Below are positions 12,441 to 24,581 of a stretch of 64,000 nucleotides of DNA, in pieces. Location of the stretch: positions 9,613,548 through 9,677,547 of the forward strand of contig JAHRHZ010000085.1 in NCBI GenBank assembly GCA_024137785.1, in the 5' to 3' direction. The notes beneath the pieces were generated by a model. The model was not told the origin of the DNA and searched no databases. It saw only the letters and a list, made by a program, of their open reading frames with translations. The DNA is from Ginglymostoma cirratum (taxonomy: Eukaryota). Made by a program: the position numbers and the translations under genes. Positions within the stretch are counted from its first letter, which is position 1; every line of letters starts with the position of its first letter.

Positions 12441-12789
12441 GTATTGTGGGGAAGTATGACTTTCTAACCTTGCTCCTAACTGATCAAAATCTTTCAGAAA
12501 AAAAGTCTTCCTTGTCCTAACAATGACACTGATTCCAACGTGGATGTGAGCAATTGGATCCCTCCCTTCCTTCTCCGAATTCTAATCTCATCTGGCGAAG
12601 TATTGGCAACACAGCTTTCAGGACTCTTGCACTTGATACAATGCACAGTATCTATTCCCCTAATTATATTGCTCACTACAAGTACTACATTCTTCTTTTT
12701 GTCGCTCACTTGAATGTCTCCCTATACCAAATTGCTGTGGTCAGTCACTTATCCTCTCACAATTCAAAGTCACAAGTTGCAACATCATC

Positions 12790-13120
12790 TAAAAGTGGCG
12801 CAATGGTTAGCACTGTTGCCTCACAGCACCACAGACCCGAGCTTGATTCCACTTTCGGGTGACTGTCTATGTGGAGGTTGCAAATTCTCCCAGTGTCTGC
12901 ATCAGCTTTCAATGGGTGCTCTGGATTTCTCCAACAGTCCAAAGATGTGCAAGTTAGGTGAATCGGCCATGCAAAATTGCCTATAGTGTTCAGGGATGTT
13001 TGGGTGGGGGCCTTAACCATGGGAAATGCATGTTTAAAATGATGGGATATGAGTCTGGGTGGGTTACTCTTCAGAGGGTCGGTGTGGACTTGTTGGGCTG
13101 AATCACCTGTTTCCACCTGA
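12790..13120 (+). mobile_element. SINE, same family as 1245-1562
   Basis: A-box-like GTGGCGCAATGG, same body and tail. Confidence 0.7.
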
Positions 13121-13371
13121 TTCTGTGTAATCTATGAAAGAGAAGCTGGTTTTCTTTTTTAATAAAATAGCTTAGTGCAGTGAACTGCTTCTGGTCTGCT
13201 GGTTTCTCTTTTGGTCTGAATAGTTTCTTTGTGCCTTACGTACAGTCCCAGTTGGTGTGCTAACTGACTATCAATCGCCTTGTGATTGGCAGGCAGGGGT
13301 CATTGGATGGTCTCCAGTGCACAAACCAATCAGATTTACTTGTAAACAACACCTTGGCTCCAGTTCCCCTA

Positions 13372-16300
13372 TGTTATAAAGTGAAGGTTGACGTCCTCCG
13401 AAAACCCAAAAGAGAAGCACCTCTGTTAAAATCTGGTGTAACCTGCCTTTCAACAACTTCTAGTGTCTAAGTAAAATTAATCCCTGATACTCACTTTACA
13501 ATCAACAAGTAACAATTTATTTATCTAACGTTAACATTGAACTAATTAACCACATTATTAGCAAACCAAATAAACCCCTTCTAACAACTAACTATTCCTG
13601 AATAAAACAAAATTCTACTAGTATGCTGCTCCAGGAAGTACAAGGCCTAGTTAAAAAAAAGCATAGAATTTAGTCTGTTGAAATTACAGCCAGATTACAC
13701 ATCTTCTGGAATCTTTTGTGCCTTCGCCATTGATTCTTCTGTCAGGAATCTTAACTAGTAGTGTGTAGGTAGATTAGTTCTTTAGACGGTACTTTCTCTA
13801 AGATGTAGAGAAGAGTGTGAGAGTTAGCAATTCTCCCTTTTGAGCTGAGTTGTTAACTCTGGCAGATGCCTGTTTGTTCTCCTGTCTTTGTCCAACTGCG
13901 CTCTTCCTTTATATCATCTACCAGTTTTCTTACACTAGGATCAGTCCTATGTTGTCAAAACTATCAGCTTTAAATTTAATTGGTTTTAGGATCTAAGTGC
14001 CTGGTTCAAATTGATTGGCTAAATTCAGAACTTGCTGTCCTGGTATAAGCAGTTGCCGGGCCTGCTAATTACATGGCCATTTGATACAAATGTTTCAGTT
14101 TGGTTGCTCTTTCCACAAGTATTCTATTGAACTTCGCAACACCTCCCCCTTAATAAAAAAAAGAAAAGATGACTTCATCTTTTTTTAAAAACCTTAACCC
14201 CACCATTTTGTTAACCTAGAGTTAAATTTTTTATACAAATTCAACACATATACAACATTGAAAACTACCATTTCTTTCTGTATAACATTTTACTTTTTAA
14301 AACCCACAGTAAAGCATCTGTGATAATATTTTCACAATCTGTGACATGTTCTTTTATTGAACAAACCCATCAACAGTGCCACTATGCAACCAAAGTTTGG
14401 AACAAACATCCTGTAGAATCTGCTCAACCACAAAAATCATAGCACTTGCTTCTTCGATGGTGGTATTGGAAATTCCTCAATGGCCTTTGTCTTCATATTC
14501 CTTGGTGTCATCCGAAGTTGTGTCCTAAGAATGTCACTTCCACCTTCACAATGTTGTTTTGCCAAGATTATGACCAACTTTGCCTTCAGTCGTGTCTCAA
14601 AGAGCTCTGCCAAATTCTCCATGTGATCTTTCCACGAATGACTACAGGCCACTAAGTCATGCATGTAAAGAGCACAATTAATCAATCCTGCTACAACTCT
14701 GTTCCAAGTCTTTGAAAAGTGGCTGGTACGTTTTTGGCTCCAAAAGGCATTACTTTAAATTGATATAGCCCATTTGTGTTTACAAAATCAGAAGCTTCTT
14801 TTGCTCACTCCAACCAATGTACTTGCCAGTGACTGCAAAGTAAGTCCAACTTTGTGATGTAACTGGATTGTCCTACATTTTCCTCACAGTCCTCCATCCT
14901 TGGAATTGGATGTGAGTCAGACTTGGGCACAGTATTGACCTTCCAATAATCAGTGCAGAATTGTTGAGTCCCATCAGGCTTGGGAACCAAGATGTTTGGC
15001 GAGCTCCACTCGCTTTTACTTGCCTGTATGTTATCTTCTTGGGGCATCACTTCTACTTCTTTCTGACCCTGCTCTGGTTTGAGAGGATTAAGACTGTAGG
15101 GGTGAGATAGCAAGAACTGCAGATGCTGGAGTCAGAGATAGCAAAGTGCAGAGCTGAAGGAACAAAGCAGGCCAGGGAGCATCAGACAAACAGGAAAGTG
15201 GGAGTTTTGGGTCAGGACTCTTCTTCAGAAAGAAAGACTACAGGTGTGTTATTTTATTGGAACAGCAGTCCCTGATTCAGACTCAAATACTGTGGCATTA
15301 GTCTCCTAAATCTATTTCCGCATTAGACTTCAAAGCACTGCAACAAGACTTTCAATTTAGCTCTCTGTTTCTGGGACAGATAGGTCACTACCCTATCCCA
15401 TTCCTTAAGGACTTCCTCAGTATTCAATAATTTTTGAGGCACCTCAAAATCCACATAATCTGGATTTGACTCCTCTCTCTGTGTGGCAGTAACTAACACC
15501 CATTTCTCTGGTTCCCCTTCCCACTCATAGTAAGGTTGCAGCATGTTCACATGGCATACCCAATAATTTTTTTCCTATCTGGCATCTTTACCAGATAATT
15601 TGCCTGGTGTAACTTCTTCCCAATCTGATAGGGATGACTAAACTTGGCTTTAAGGGGATTTTATACCATTGGTAACAGCACTGATACTTTACCCATGGAC
15701 AAATGTATGCATTTTAGATTTCTTACCTGCTTCTTGCTTCATCTTGCGCTGTACCACTTTCAAATGTTGTTTAGCTAATTCACCTACGCTGTTCAATTTT
15801 TCTCTCACCTCAGATTCATAATCCAACTGTGACATCTCTGACCTTGGACCTATCAACATTTCCTTAATTAATATTAAAGGCCCTTTTATTTCGTGTCCAA
15901 ATATCAATTCAAATAAAGTAAACTGAGTTGATTCATTTGGAGCATCGCTAATAGCAAATAATATAAATGGGATACCTTTGTCCAAATCATTTGGCTAATC
16001 CTTGTAATAAGCCCTCACCATTGTGTTTAGGGTCTGATGCCACTTTCCCAATGCTGTCTGGAATTCAGTATGGTACACACTTGGTTTAAAATGTTGGATG
16101 CCCAAGATCTCTACGACACCCTTATATAATTTGGCAGTAAAATTGAACTCTTGGTCTGACTGAATCTCCCTGGGTAGGAAACAACGGGTAGGGAAAGCAA
16201 TCAACTCCTCCACGACCTTGTTTGCCTCGAAATTGCGTAATGGAATTGCATCTGGAAATCTGAAAGAAACATCCATTGTGTTTAGGAAATACTGGCTCCC

Positions 16301-18915
16301 ACTTTTGATTTTAGGCAGGGAACCTACACAATCGAATATAACGCACATAAACATTATTCAACTGTGAGAATTGACATCGAAGGCGCTAGTTTTATTACTG
16401 TCTCTGGCTTTCCTGCCATTTTACATTTATTGCAGTAATGACAAAATTCAACCACTTCTTTATGTAATCCAGGCCAATAGAAATGCTTCTGTGTATTAAC
16501 CAGAGTCTTCCTCACTCCTAGATGACCTCCAACAGGTAATTTTTGTGCTACCCACAATACTTACCGTTTGTATTCCAGCGTCAAAACAATCGGGTGAACA
16601 TCTGCCCATTTATTGTCGTGCTAACCTATCAAGTTCTCCATTTCCACTTTAATATTTTGTCCTTACGTTAATAGTGTTCTGGGATACATTCTGATTCCTT
16701 TTCCGAGTAGGCTTCATGGTATAAATCCTTTATCGTCCAATCCTTCTGTTGTAATTCCATTAGTCTTTCAGAATTAAACACTTCTTTCTGATCCTCCACT
16801 TGCTTAGTTTTTCTTTTACCATCTCATCAAACAGAGAGTCAACTAAGTAGCCCTGAAGACCTTTATCTTTCTCCATTGCTTTCCCTTCTTGTTTTAAATT
16901 ATAGAAGTGGGATCTTGTCAACACAGACTGGAAAATTTCCAGTGCGTTTTCTTTTAACTGCTTAGTTCCCTGGTTTTCTTTCTGTTTCTCCACTACAACG
17001 GGCATCACTCTCTAATGTGATCCAGCTATATCGGTTCAAACAACAAACTGTATTCATGGAATAGCCAATTTTTCTATCATTTCCACTATCATTTCCCCAG
17101 TCATGATTGGACTTTCTAGCCTTATAATAAACAGGGAAAATCTCAGGTGATATTTCAGAAGGAGTGGAACAATTTTTGTCTCTTGCTATTAGTGATTGAC
17201 TGGGTATCTCTCAATATCGTAATTTTTTTTACCTACTCATTCTGTTCTAACTGAGTAAACCATACCCACATATGTGAAGTCTTTGAAAAGATCAAGAGCA
17301 GTCCTACTATCCAGCCTGTGACTAGGCTGTGCACTCTCCTGGACCTTCTCAACTTTTCTTGGGATTTCTTTCACTACATCACAGAATCCCACTAGTTCAG
17401 CCTATTTTACTGTATTGTTTTTCCCAACGCCTTTGTTAACCAACCAGCATTGTGACTTCGTGTGTCCCACTTTATTGCAGTGAAAACATCTGAGGTCTTT
17501 CACCTCATTTCCACCTTCTTGGTTTCTTTTTACACATGTGGTAAAGTGTTCCCAGCATGATCCAATGTTGTCTTTCATTGAAGGATCTCCGTTCTTCCCA
17601 ATTCTTATCTCTAATGTAATGACATAGCTATCAGAAGCTAGATTTCAATTTATGCACTAATGCTTATTCATCCACCATCTCTGCAGCTCTTCTGGTTGCT
17701 AAAGTTGTTGTTCCACAACATGAGGTCTTATTACATCTGAAATCGAGTTTTTAAACTTCTCCAGCAGAAGAATCCTTTAAGAGCCTTGTACGTCTTTTCT
17801 ATCTTTAATGCTCTCATCCATCTGTGGATGTTGTTCTGTTTAATTCTTTCAAACTCAATATAAGTCTGACTTCGTTCCTTTCTTATATTTCTGAATCATT
17901 GTATATATGCTTTGGTACCAATTCATAGGCAGTCAAACAGCCTTTTTGCCTTCATCATATTCTCCTGACACCTCCTCTCGCAGTGCTGCAAACACCTCAC
18001 TATACCTACCTACCGACTTGGTCTGAATTAACATTACCAACATAGTCCCTGGCCAGTTCATCTGTTTACCGTATTTCTCAATGGCAATCAAAAAGTCTTC
18101 TATATTTTTCATTGAGTTTTGGTAATACTTTGATACATTTGTATAGATTCCTACCAGGCCTTTGGCTACGATGGCTTTGCTCATCATCACTATCAACCTC
18201 ACTAAGCCTACATTCTGCCTTCATCTCCATCCTTTTGAATTGATTTTCCTGTCTAATTCTCAACTTTTGAAGTTCAAATTTTCTTGATTTTTCTGTTTCT
18301 TCTCTACCCTTTTCTTTTTGTTCTGCCACAGCGATTCTTTCATTTCCTTTTTCGTCATGAAGCTGCTTCATCTTTTCCTACTCAAACTTTTTTCCCTTTC
18401 TTTCTCTTCTAACCCCAGTTGCCTAATTTGCAAGGTTTTTTCTAACTCCACTGCACTTGATTGTATTTTTGATATAACTAAGTGTTTGGCTATCCATGTT
18501 ACAATTTCATCTTTCTTCTTATGCCTAGATGAACCCAATTCTAACAGGTCTGCTAATTGCTAAAGTATCCCCTTCTTCTGTCTTTCTAAACTTTCCAACC
18601 GCCCTCCCCTTTTATACCCTCGATGACCTATCAGTTTCTTACTTTAGGGTTGGATCTATGTTGTCAAACCATCAGATTTAAGTTTAATTGTTTTTTGGAA
18701 ACTAGGAGCTTGGTTCAAATTGATTGTTTAAATTTGAAATTTTTGTGCTTGTAAATCTGCTGCTTGGCATGCCATCTGTACGGCCAGTTATTGCAAAAGT
18801 TTCCAGTCAGGTTCTCTCTGTGTATTTTCAAACTCTCAAGCTCACAGACCTCCTTTTTAAAACTCTAAGCATAGGAAAAGCACATCATCTTTTAAAGGGA
18901 ACACTCAAATTCTAA
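13372..18915 (-). mobile_element. Decayed Ty3/Gypsy LTR retrotransposon with integrase upstream of RT (Gmr1-like)
   Basis: gag with CCHC knuckle CFHCNKVGHTKSQC (~17446-17492); integrase GGHLGVRKT..FYWPGL..C..C, DCVG, EIQSDQ (15689-16557); RT WSSP..VPKPDG..DYWKVN..LDL (14437-15113). 3' LTR 13372-14141 has TGTT..AACA ends and a polypurine tract at 14142-14150; 5' LTR remnant at ~18600-18915. Confidence 0.88.
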
Positions 18916-20444
18916 CTTCCTGCCTCTCAATCCACAAGTTACTTCACCCAACTGCACAACAGTCTGCACACTGCTGGAACACACAGCATGGTTCACCAAA
19001 GGTTTCAAATTCCTTATTTGCTAGAGATGTGGCAATCTTCGTAAATCCTTGGCTTTCATAACCATTCTTTTTCATTAAAAAAAACACTGAAGTAAAAGAC
19101 ACTGTTTTTAATTCGTACCTAAATCAAAACGGGCCACAGCTGTTCAAGAGACAGCGCTCCAATATCTTTTAACGGGCAACTAGGGTTGGGCAATGAATGC
19201 TGGTCCGATCAGTGATGTTCACATCCCTTGAGTGAAGGATAGTTTTAAATATTCTATCTATCTTAATGACTTGCAGGAAGGAGCATGGTGTAATGGACAC
19301 AAAAATAGATGGCAGGGCATGTTGCAATAGGGCATAAGGAATCTTAAACCAGATCTAGGTTGACTGAATGCGTGAGCACGTATCTGGCCAATTGAATTTT
19401 AATTTAGGAAATTGTGAGGCCAATTTTTTTTGGGAGGCATCAAAGGGCAGTCATTCATTCAAATGAGGATATATTCAAAAAATACAACACCTTGAGATCT
19501 GGCGGTTCTTATGCATGAATCATAAGCGCAAACATGTAAGGTTAGTATGCAATGGTTCTGAGTAATATTAGTCTTTATTGTGAAAGTGGTGGAGTTCAAA
19601 CATGGTAAAGTCTTGTTATAAATGTAGAGGATGCTGGTGAGGCACATCTGAAGTATTGTTCTCTATTTTGGTCCCAATATTTAAGAAAAGATGGATTGGC
19701 ATTGGAGACAGTTTAAAAGAGATTGACAAGACTGATTATTGGGAGCAAAAACATTGACATATCAATAACGGTTAAACAAGATCATGCTTTACTCATTGGT
19801 TTCACAAGACGAGGGATAATCTTATCAAAATCTGATGAGGCTTGAAGGGTAAATGTTGAGACTTTTTTTTCCAGAGGATCTTAAAAGAGGAGATGTAGCT
19901 ACTGAAGAAGGGGCCACTAATTTAAACTGGAATGCAGAGGTGTCTCTTCTTCCAGGAGCCAAAGAATGCCTGGGATTCTGTATCACAGAGAGTTGTGAAG
20001 GCTTGAAATCTGAAATTATTTTGAACTAATGCAGATGAATTATTAAAGCATTATTGAAGACAATGAAGAGCTGGCATTAAAAACGTATTGAGTACAGGGG
20101 AAGATCAGACATGATATAATTGAATTGTGGTGAAGGCTTGAGGGAAGGATAACATACTCCTGGTAATTTTTCTTAAGTTTCAAGTTTTCGTTGGCATAGA
20201 TCTTCAGGTGTGCGTTCAAATCACCATGACACAGTGAACACAGAAGACAAACATTTGCAAAACAGTCTATATACTGTGGAAATTAATATGCATGATTGTT
20301 TCACACCCAAAAAAATCATGCATTAGATTAAATGTTAGAGAAAAAATGGGAACAATATTGGATACTGGAGTGAATGCTGATACGAATGTCAAAGTTATTT
20401 AAAGCAAATCGAAAAAGAAGGATCACAGAAGATTCTAGACTCAC

Positions 20445-20499
20445 CTGTTTGCACTGTCCCAAGAAAGTTACTCATTACTCGAGTTAAAACTAAACAAAT
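20445..20499 (-). pseudogene. Leader-like exon remnant (I)CLVLTRVMSNFLGTVQT
   Basis: 55 nt, phase-1 strong donor CAG|GTGAGT, ATT where an ATG is expected; homologous to ~50015-50065. Confidence 0.35.
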
Positions 20500-23369
20500 T
20501 TTCTGAAGTATATTGCGTGCTCCAGATACAAACTATTCTATATTTTCAGACATTATTACACACATTTGAAGCAGGTGAGACATGAAGATGGGCAGGGTCG
20601 ATACTACTGCATCACAAGGCCCTTACATGATTTAGCTAATACTTTAAATAAGTGAATCGCCAAAAGGATAATCACAATTTATTTGGCGCACCGTTATTTA
20701 CCACTTCACAAAAGGAAGTTCTCTCAACTTACAATGTGCGGCAGCATCATGTTCTTCCCTTTCAGTACCACCTTGCTTTTGTTACTCAATTCCAACTTTG
20801 TTTTTTTCTGCTCAGAATCCATCATCTCTCAATAAAACTCAAATAGTGCTCCATCAAAGTCACAGGTTCCAGTGAGCAGATCTATGACAGTGGCTGCTAT
20901 TCTTTTTTTGCCTTTTTCTCAAGGTCTCTGTAGCCCCGGCATTTCAATCTAGCAAACATGCTCCAAAGCTTCTCCTCTGTTATCCTTTATCATCTAGTTA
21001 CATTCATCTGTCAGACCTTGAACGGAATGCATTGAGAAACAACATTTCTGAGAAAAGTTTCTTCATCCAGAGATTGCGACCCTGTGGAATTGTCTGTCAA
21101 AGAAATAAGTTGAATGTTTTACCCGTTCTGCGTGCTTGGTGAAGATGCCAGGGTCGGTACAGCGATTGATTTCCGTCACTCCATGGCGTTATAAGTATGA
21201 TCATATTGTGCAAAGGCCAGGAAATTTTGGTGCAGATTTACGAAACGCTGCACAGACTTAACTCAGACTTCACTGAGTATTGAGCACATGTTTGGCTCGG
21301 CAAATCAGGAACAGTTTGAACGCACTTTGAAATAGAATTGAAACAAGTTGTAAGAATGATAGAAAAGTGTTTTGTAGGACGGTTGTTACTATAAAATCGT
21401 GTCACGCAGTGGATTATCTTACAAGTGCATTCATTGTTGTGCGAGAAACGCGGCAACCAACATGCCCTGCTATTAGCTAAAAGTAGCATTCTATTAAACA
21501 AAAAAAGTGTTTTTACTTTGATTGACAGATAAATATTGCCAATAACGCCAATAATTCCACTGCTGTTCTTGGATGTAGCTCCAAGGAAGTTTAGTAGAGC
21601 AACTCTGGCTACTTCCATTTAAATGAGAAAGTTAAAAGGAGATTGGATCCACCTGTTCAAGCCATGAGAGTTCTGAAGGAAGTGGATAATCATCATGGTC
21701 CGCTGATCACATGAATAGTAGTCCCCAGAACTGGAGCCTCTGAATATGTCAAAAGAAACAAAGGTCACATGACCAACAATTGCGGTGAACATATGGATGT
21801 TCAACACTGTACCGTGTTGTTGAAAGGCAACAAGAAAGCTGAAATGCCAAATATTAATATTGGAAGGCGAAGTGACTTCTTTAGCAGCAGATGTCACATT
21901 CTGAATTAATCTGTCGAATGGATTGTCGGTTCATGGACCGAAAATAAATGTTTTTGAAAGGTAGACAGAGCAATTCCCCACGGAAAAAAAAAGTTTTTCT
22001 TGACTTTTCTTACACATTAGCATACACTTTCTTAAAATTAGAGACATGATTTCACACGCACTTTCTCTGCTCATCGCTTCAAGTTACGAACTGAGGCAAT
22101 TCGTTGTGTACCCAATGCAATTAAATGAGTTGTGTATATCACATTTATTGTATAACGAAGGCCATCTGTGAGCAAGGTATCGTAAATTATTAACTTGTGC
22201 CGTGACAGTCTATTAACAAAGTAAGCAATTTGTTAATGAATTAAATCTGACGCAACAGGGGCAAGTCAGATCATCACAAAAACTTTATGATACGTGTGAA
22301 CGTGATCCCAACTGAACGTGCCGTGGGAAGAGAGAGATAACACCTGACACGGGATAAAGCTTAGAATTCTGCCCTCGACGCAACCACCGGGAAATGTCGT
22401 GGTTGAAGACTGAGCGGTACCAAACAAAGCAAGGCAGATCCTGGCAATAGTACAGGGAAAGTAGGCACTAGCAAGGAATTAAACATTTTTAACACAGCAG
22501 CAAAAACAGTGAATAAAAAAAGGATGACGGAAAGAAAGAAATTGATACAACAGCTCACTTCTGGACACAATAACTTACCACTACTAAAGGAACTTGAATG
22601 CCAATAAGGTTTAGCCTCCATTGCAACACAAATATCAATTAAATATAATGCATTAAAATGTGATATTTCACTCGAAGTTACCGCAGCTTAGCGCACACTG
22701 CACGACGTATCCGTTACGTACTAAACAGTAGTTAACTCGTCTTTCTGGACTCCACAAAATGTGGGAATAGTGCAGGGGACGACAGCGGAAGTACCTGAGG
22801 GAGACGTGAGATACAGAACAGATCCACCTGGTAATGCTTGAGGGAGGTTGAGATTCAACAAAGAGCTGGAAGCTTCATTTAGCCCTGTACTGTTCTGCAC
22901 TTTACTAGTATTTATTTCGACTGTTGTTTCGGCGAGAGTGAAATTCTCCAGATAAAATGGAGCCGGTTCACACAGTAAGTTCAAAAATGCAGGTGAATTT
23001 TCTTCGTGTAACTTGGACGTGATTTTCAGTTGGACAGCGGCAGGTGCACGAAGAGAATGAACAAAGCCAAGCTATCGGATATAATTGGAAAACGTTATAT
23101 TTGAGTACGATGTTCAGTCGCTCCACTTGATCATAATCGTAACATTCGGGGGGACAGCTTCTGGTCTGATATAATGTATAAGGTGCTGATTGTTGACTAA
23201 ATAAAGGTGGCTGTATCAGTTAAATTTCAAAACCAATGAATTGCTAATGAGGAAATAGATTAATCAGTTGAACATCGGGAGCTATAGATTATCTGTATTC
23301 TTTAATATACTTATTGGACATCAACGATTCTACAGCGTGGTATAAATCAAACTGCATTTTTTGGTTGGG

Positions 23370-24031
23370 GATAAAAGGTACTGCAGATGCTGGAGAATCC
23401 GAGATAACAAGCATGGGGCTGGATGAACACAGCAGGTCAAGCAGCATCATAGGAGCAGGAAAACTTGACGTTTCGGGCCTAAACCCTTCATCAGAACCCT
23501 TTCTGATGAAGGGTTTAGGCCCGAAACGTCAANNNNNNNNNNNNNNNNNNNNNNNNNNNNNNNNNNNNNNNNNNNNNNNNNNNNNNNNNNNNNNNNNNNN
23601 NNNNNNNNNNNNNNNNNNNNNNNNNNNNNNNNNNNNNNNNNNNNNNNNNNNNNNNNNNNNNNNNNNNNNNNNNNNNNNNNNNNNNNNNNNNNNNNNNNNN
23701 NNNNNNNNNNNNNNNNNNNNNNNNNNNNNNNNNNNNNNNNNNNNNNNNNNNNNNNNNNNNNNNNNNNNNNNNNNNNNNNNNNNNNNNNNNNNNNNNNNNN
23801 NNNNNNNNNNNNNNNNNNNNNNNNNNNNNNNNNNNNNNNNNNNNNNNNNNNNNNNNNNNNNNNNNNNNNNNNNNNNNNNNNNNNNNNNNNNNNNNNNNNN
23901 NNNNNNNNNNNNNNNNNNNNNNNNNNNNNNNNCCCTTTCTGATGAAGGGTTTAGGCCCGAAACGTCAAGTTTTCCTGCTCCTATGACGCTGCTTGACCTG
24001 CTGTGTTCATCCAGCCCCATGCTTGTTATCT
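23370..24031. mobile_element. Inverted pair/array of Penelope terminal repeats with hammerhead motifs (23467-23494 -, 23503-23530 +, 23939-23966 +), flanking an N gap
   Basis: Same ~130-nt repeat as 37340-37432, in both orientations. Confidence 0.8.
23533..23932. other. Assembly gap (400 N)
   Basis: Run of n. Confidence 1.
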
Positions 24032-24581
24032 TGCATTTTTTGGTTGTTTCGCTTTCATTGCGTTCACCAGGAACTATTTTCACTTTGCTTTTCAAACCGT
24101 GACGCGAAGATTGCGTAAAAATTAGTTTTTGTAATCATCAAATTCTGAAAGAATAATTGGGGGTACTTAGGACATCAATAACACATTAAAGAGTAAGAAT
24201 TGTCGTACAATAGCAATGACATAAACGGTTTCTTGTGGGGTATGTGCATTGGAAATTCGGTAAATCGGAAATACACACCTCGAGTATGAGGTGTCCTAGG
24301 AATTCTGGTGTAAATGGCTAACTTTTATAAATGTACCTTTTTTTTAACCATCTGTGATATTCATCGTCCAACTGCAATTCTTTCAAGAGAATAGAAATAT
24401 CCAGTGTATGATACTGCACATATGGTCATTAGTTATGATTATACTGCCAAACCTAATGAAATAGCGATCAGAAAATATCTTGTTATTTCGAGATATTTCA
24501 ATGTCACGCTCTCACCTACCGTGCACAAATAAATAGGATCTGGTTCCCTTTATTTGACCTATTCCTTGACAAATCATTGCA

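Larger units (their letters stand above)
22741..24581 (-). pseudogene. Gene fragment A2: 3' end of V exon (24520-24581) plus dead C1 exon (22741-23043)
   Basis: Minus strand reads AMICQGIGQIKGTRSYLFVH|gtaggt. C1 reads LLCEPAPFYLENFTLA^ETTVEINTSKVQN with WYKNG deleted; acceptor CAC and donor AC are mutated. Confidence 0.85.

Noticed and set aside
23314-24102. Long ORFs 23314..24102 and 23529..24095
   Set aside because: They are open only because they run through N characters and repeat sequence.
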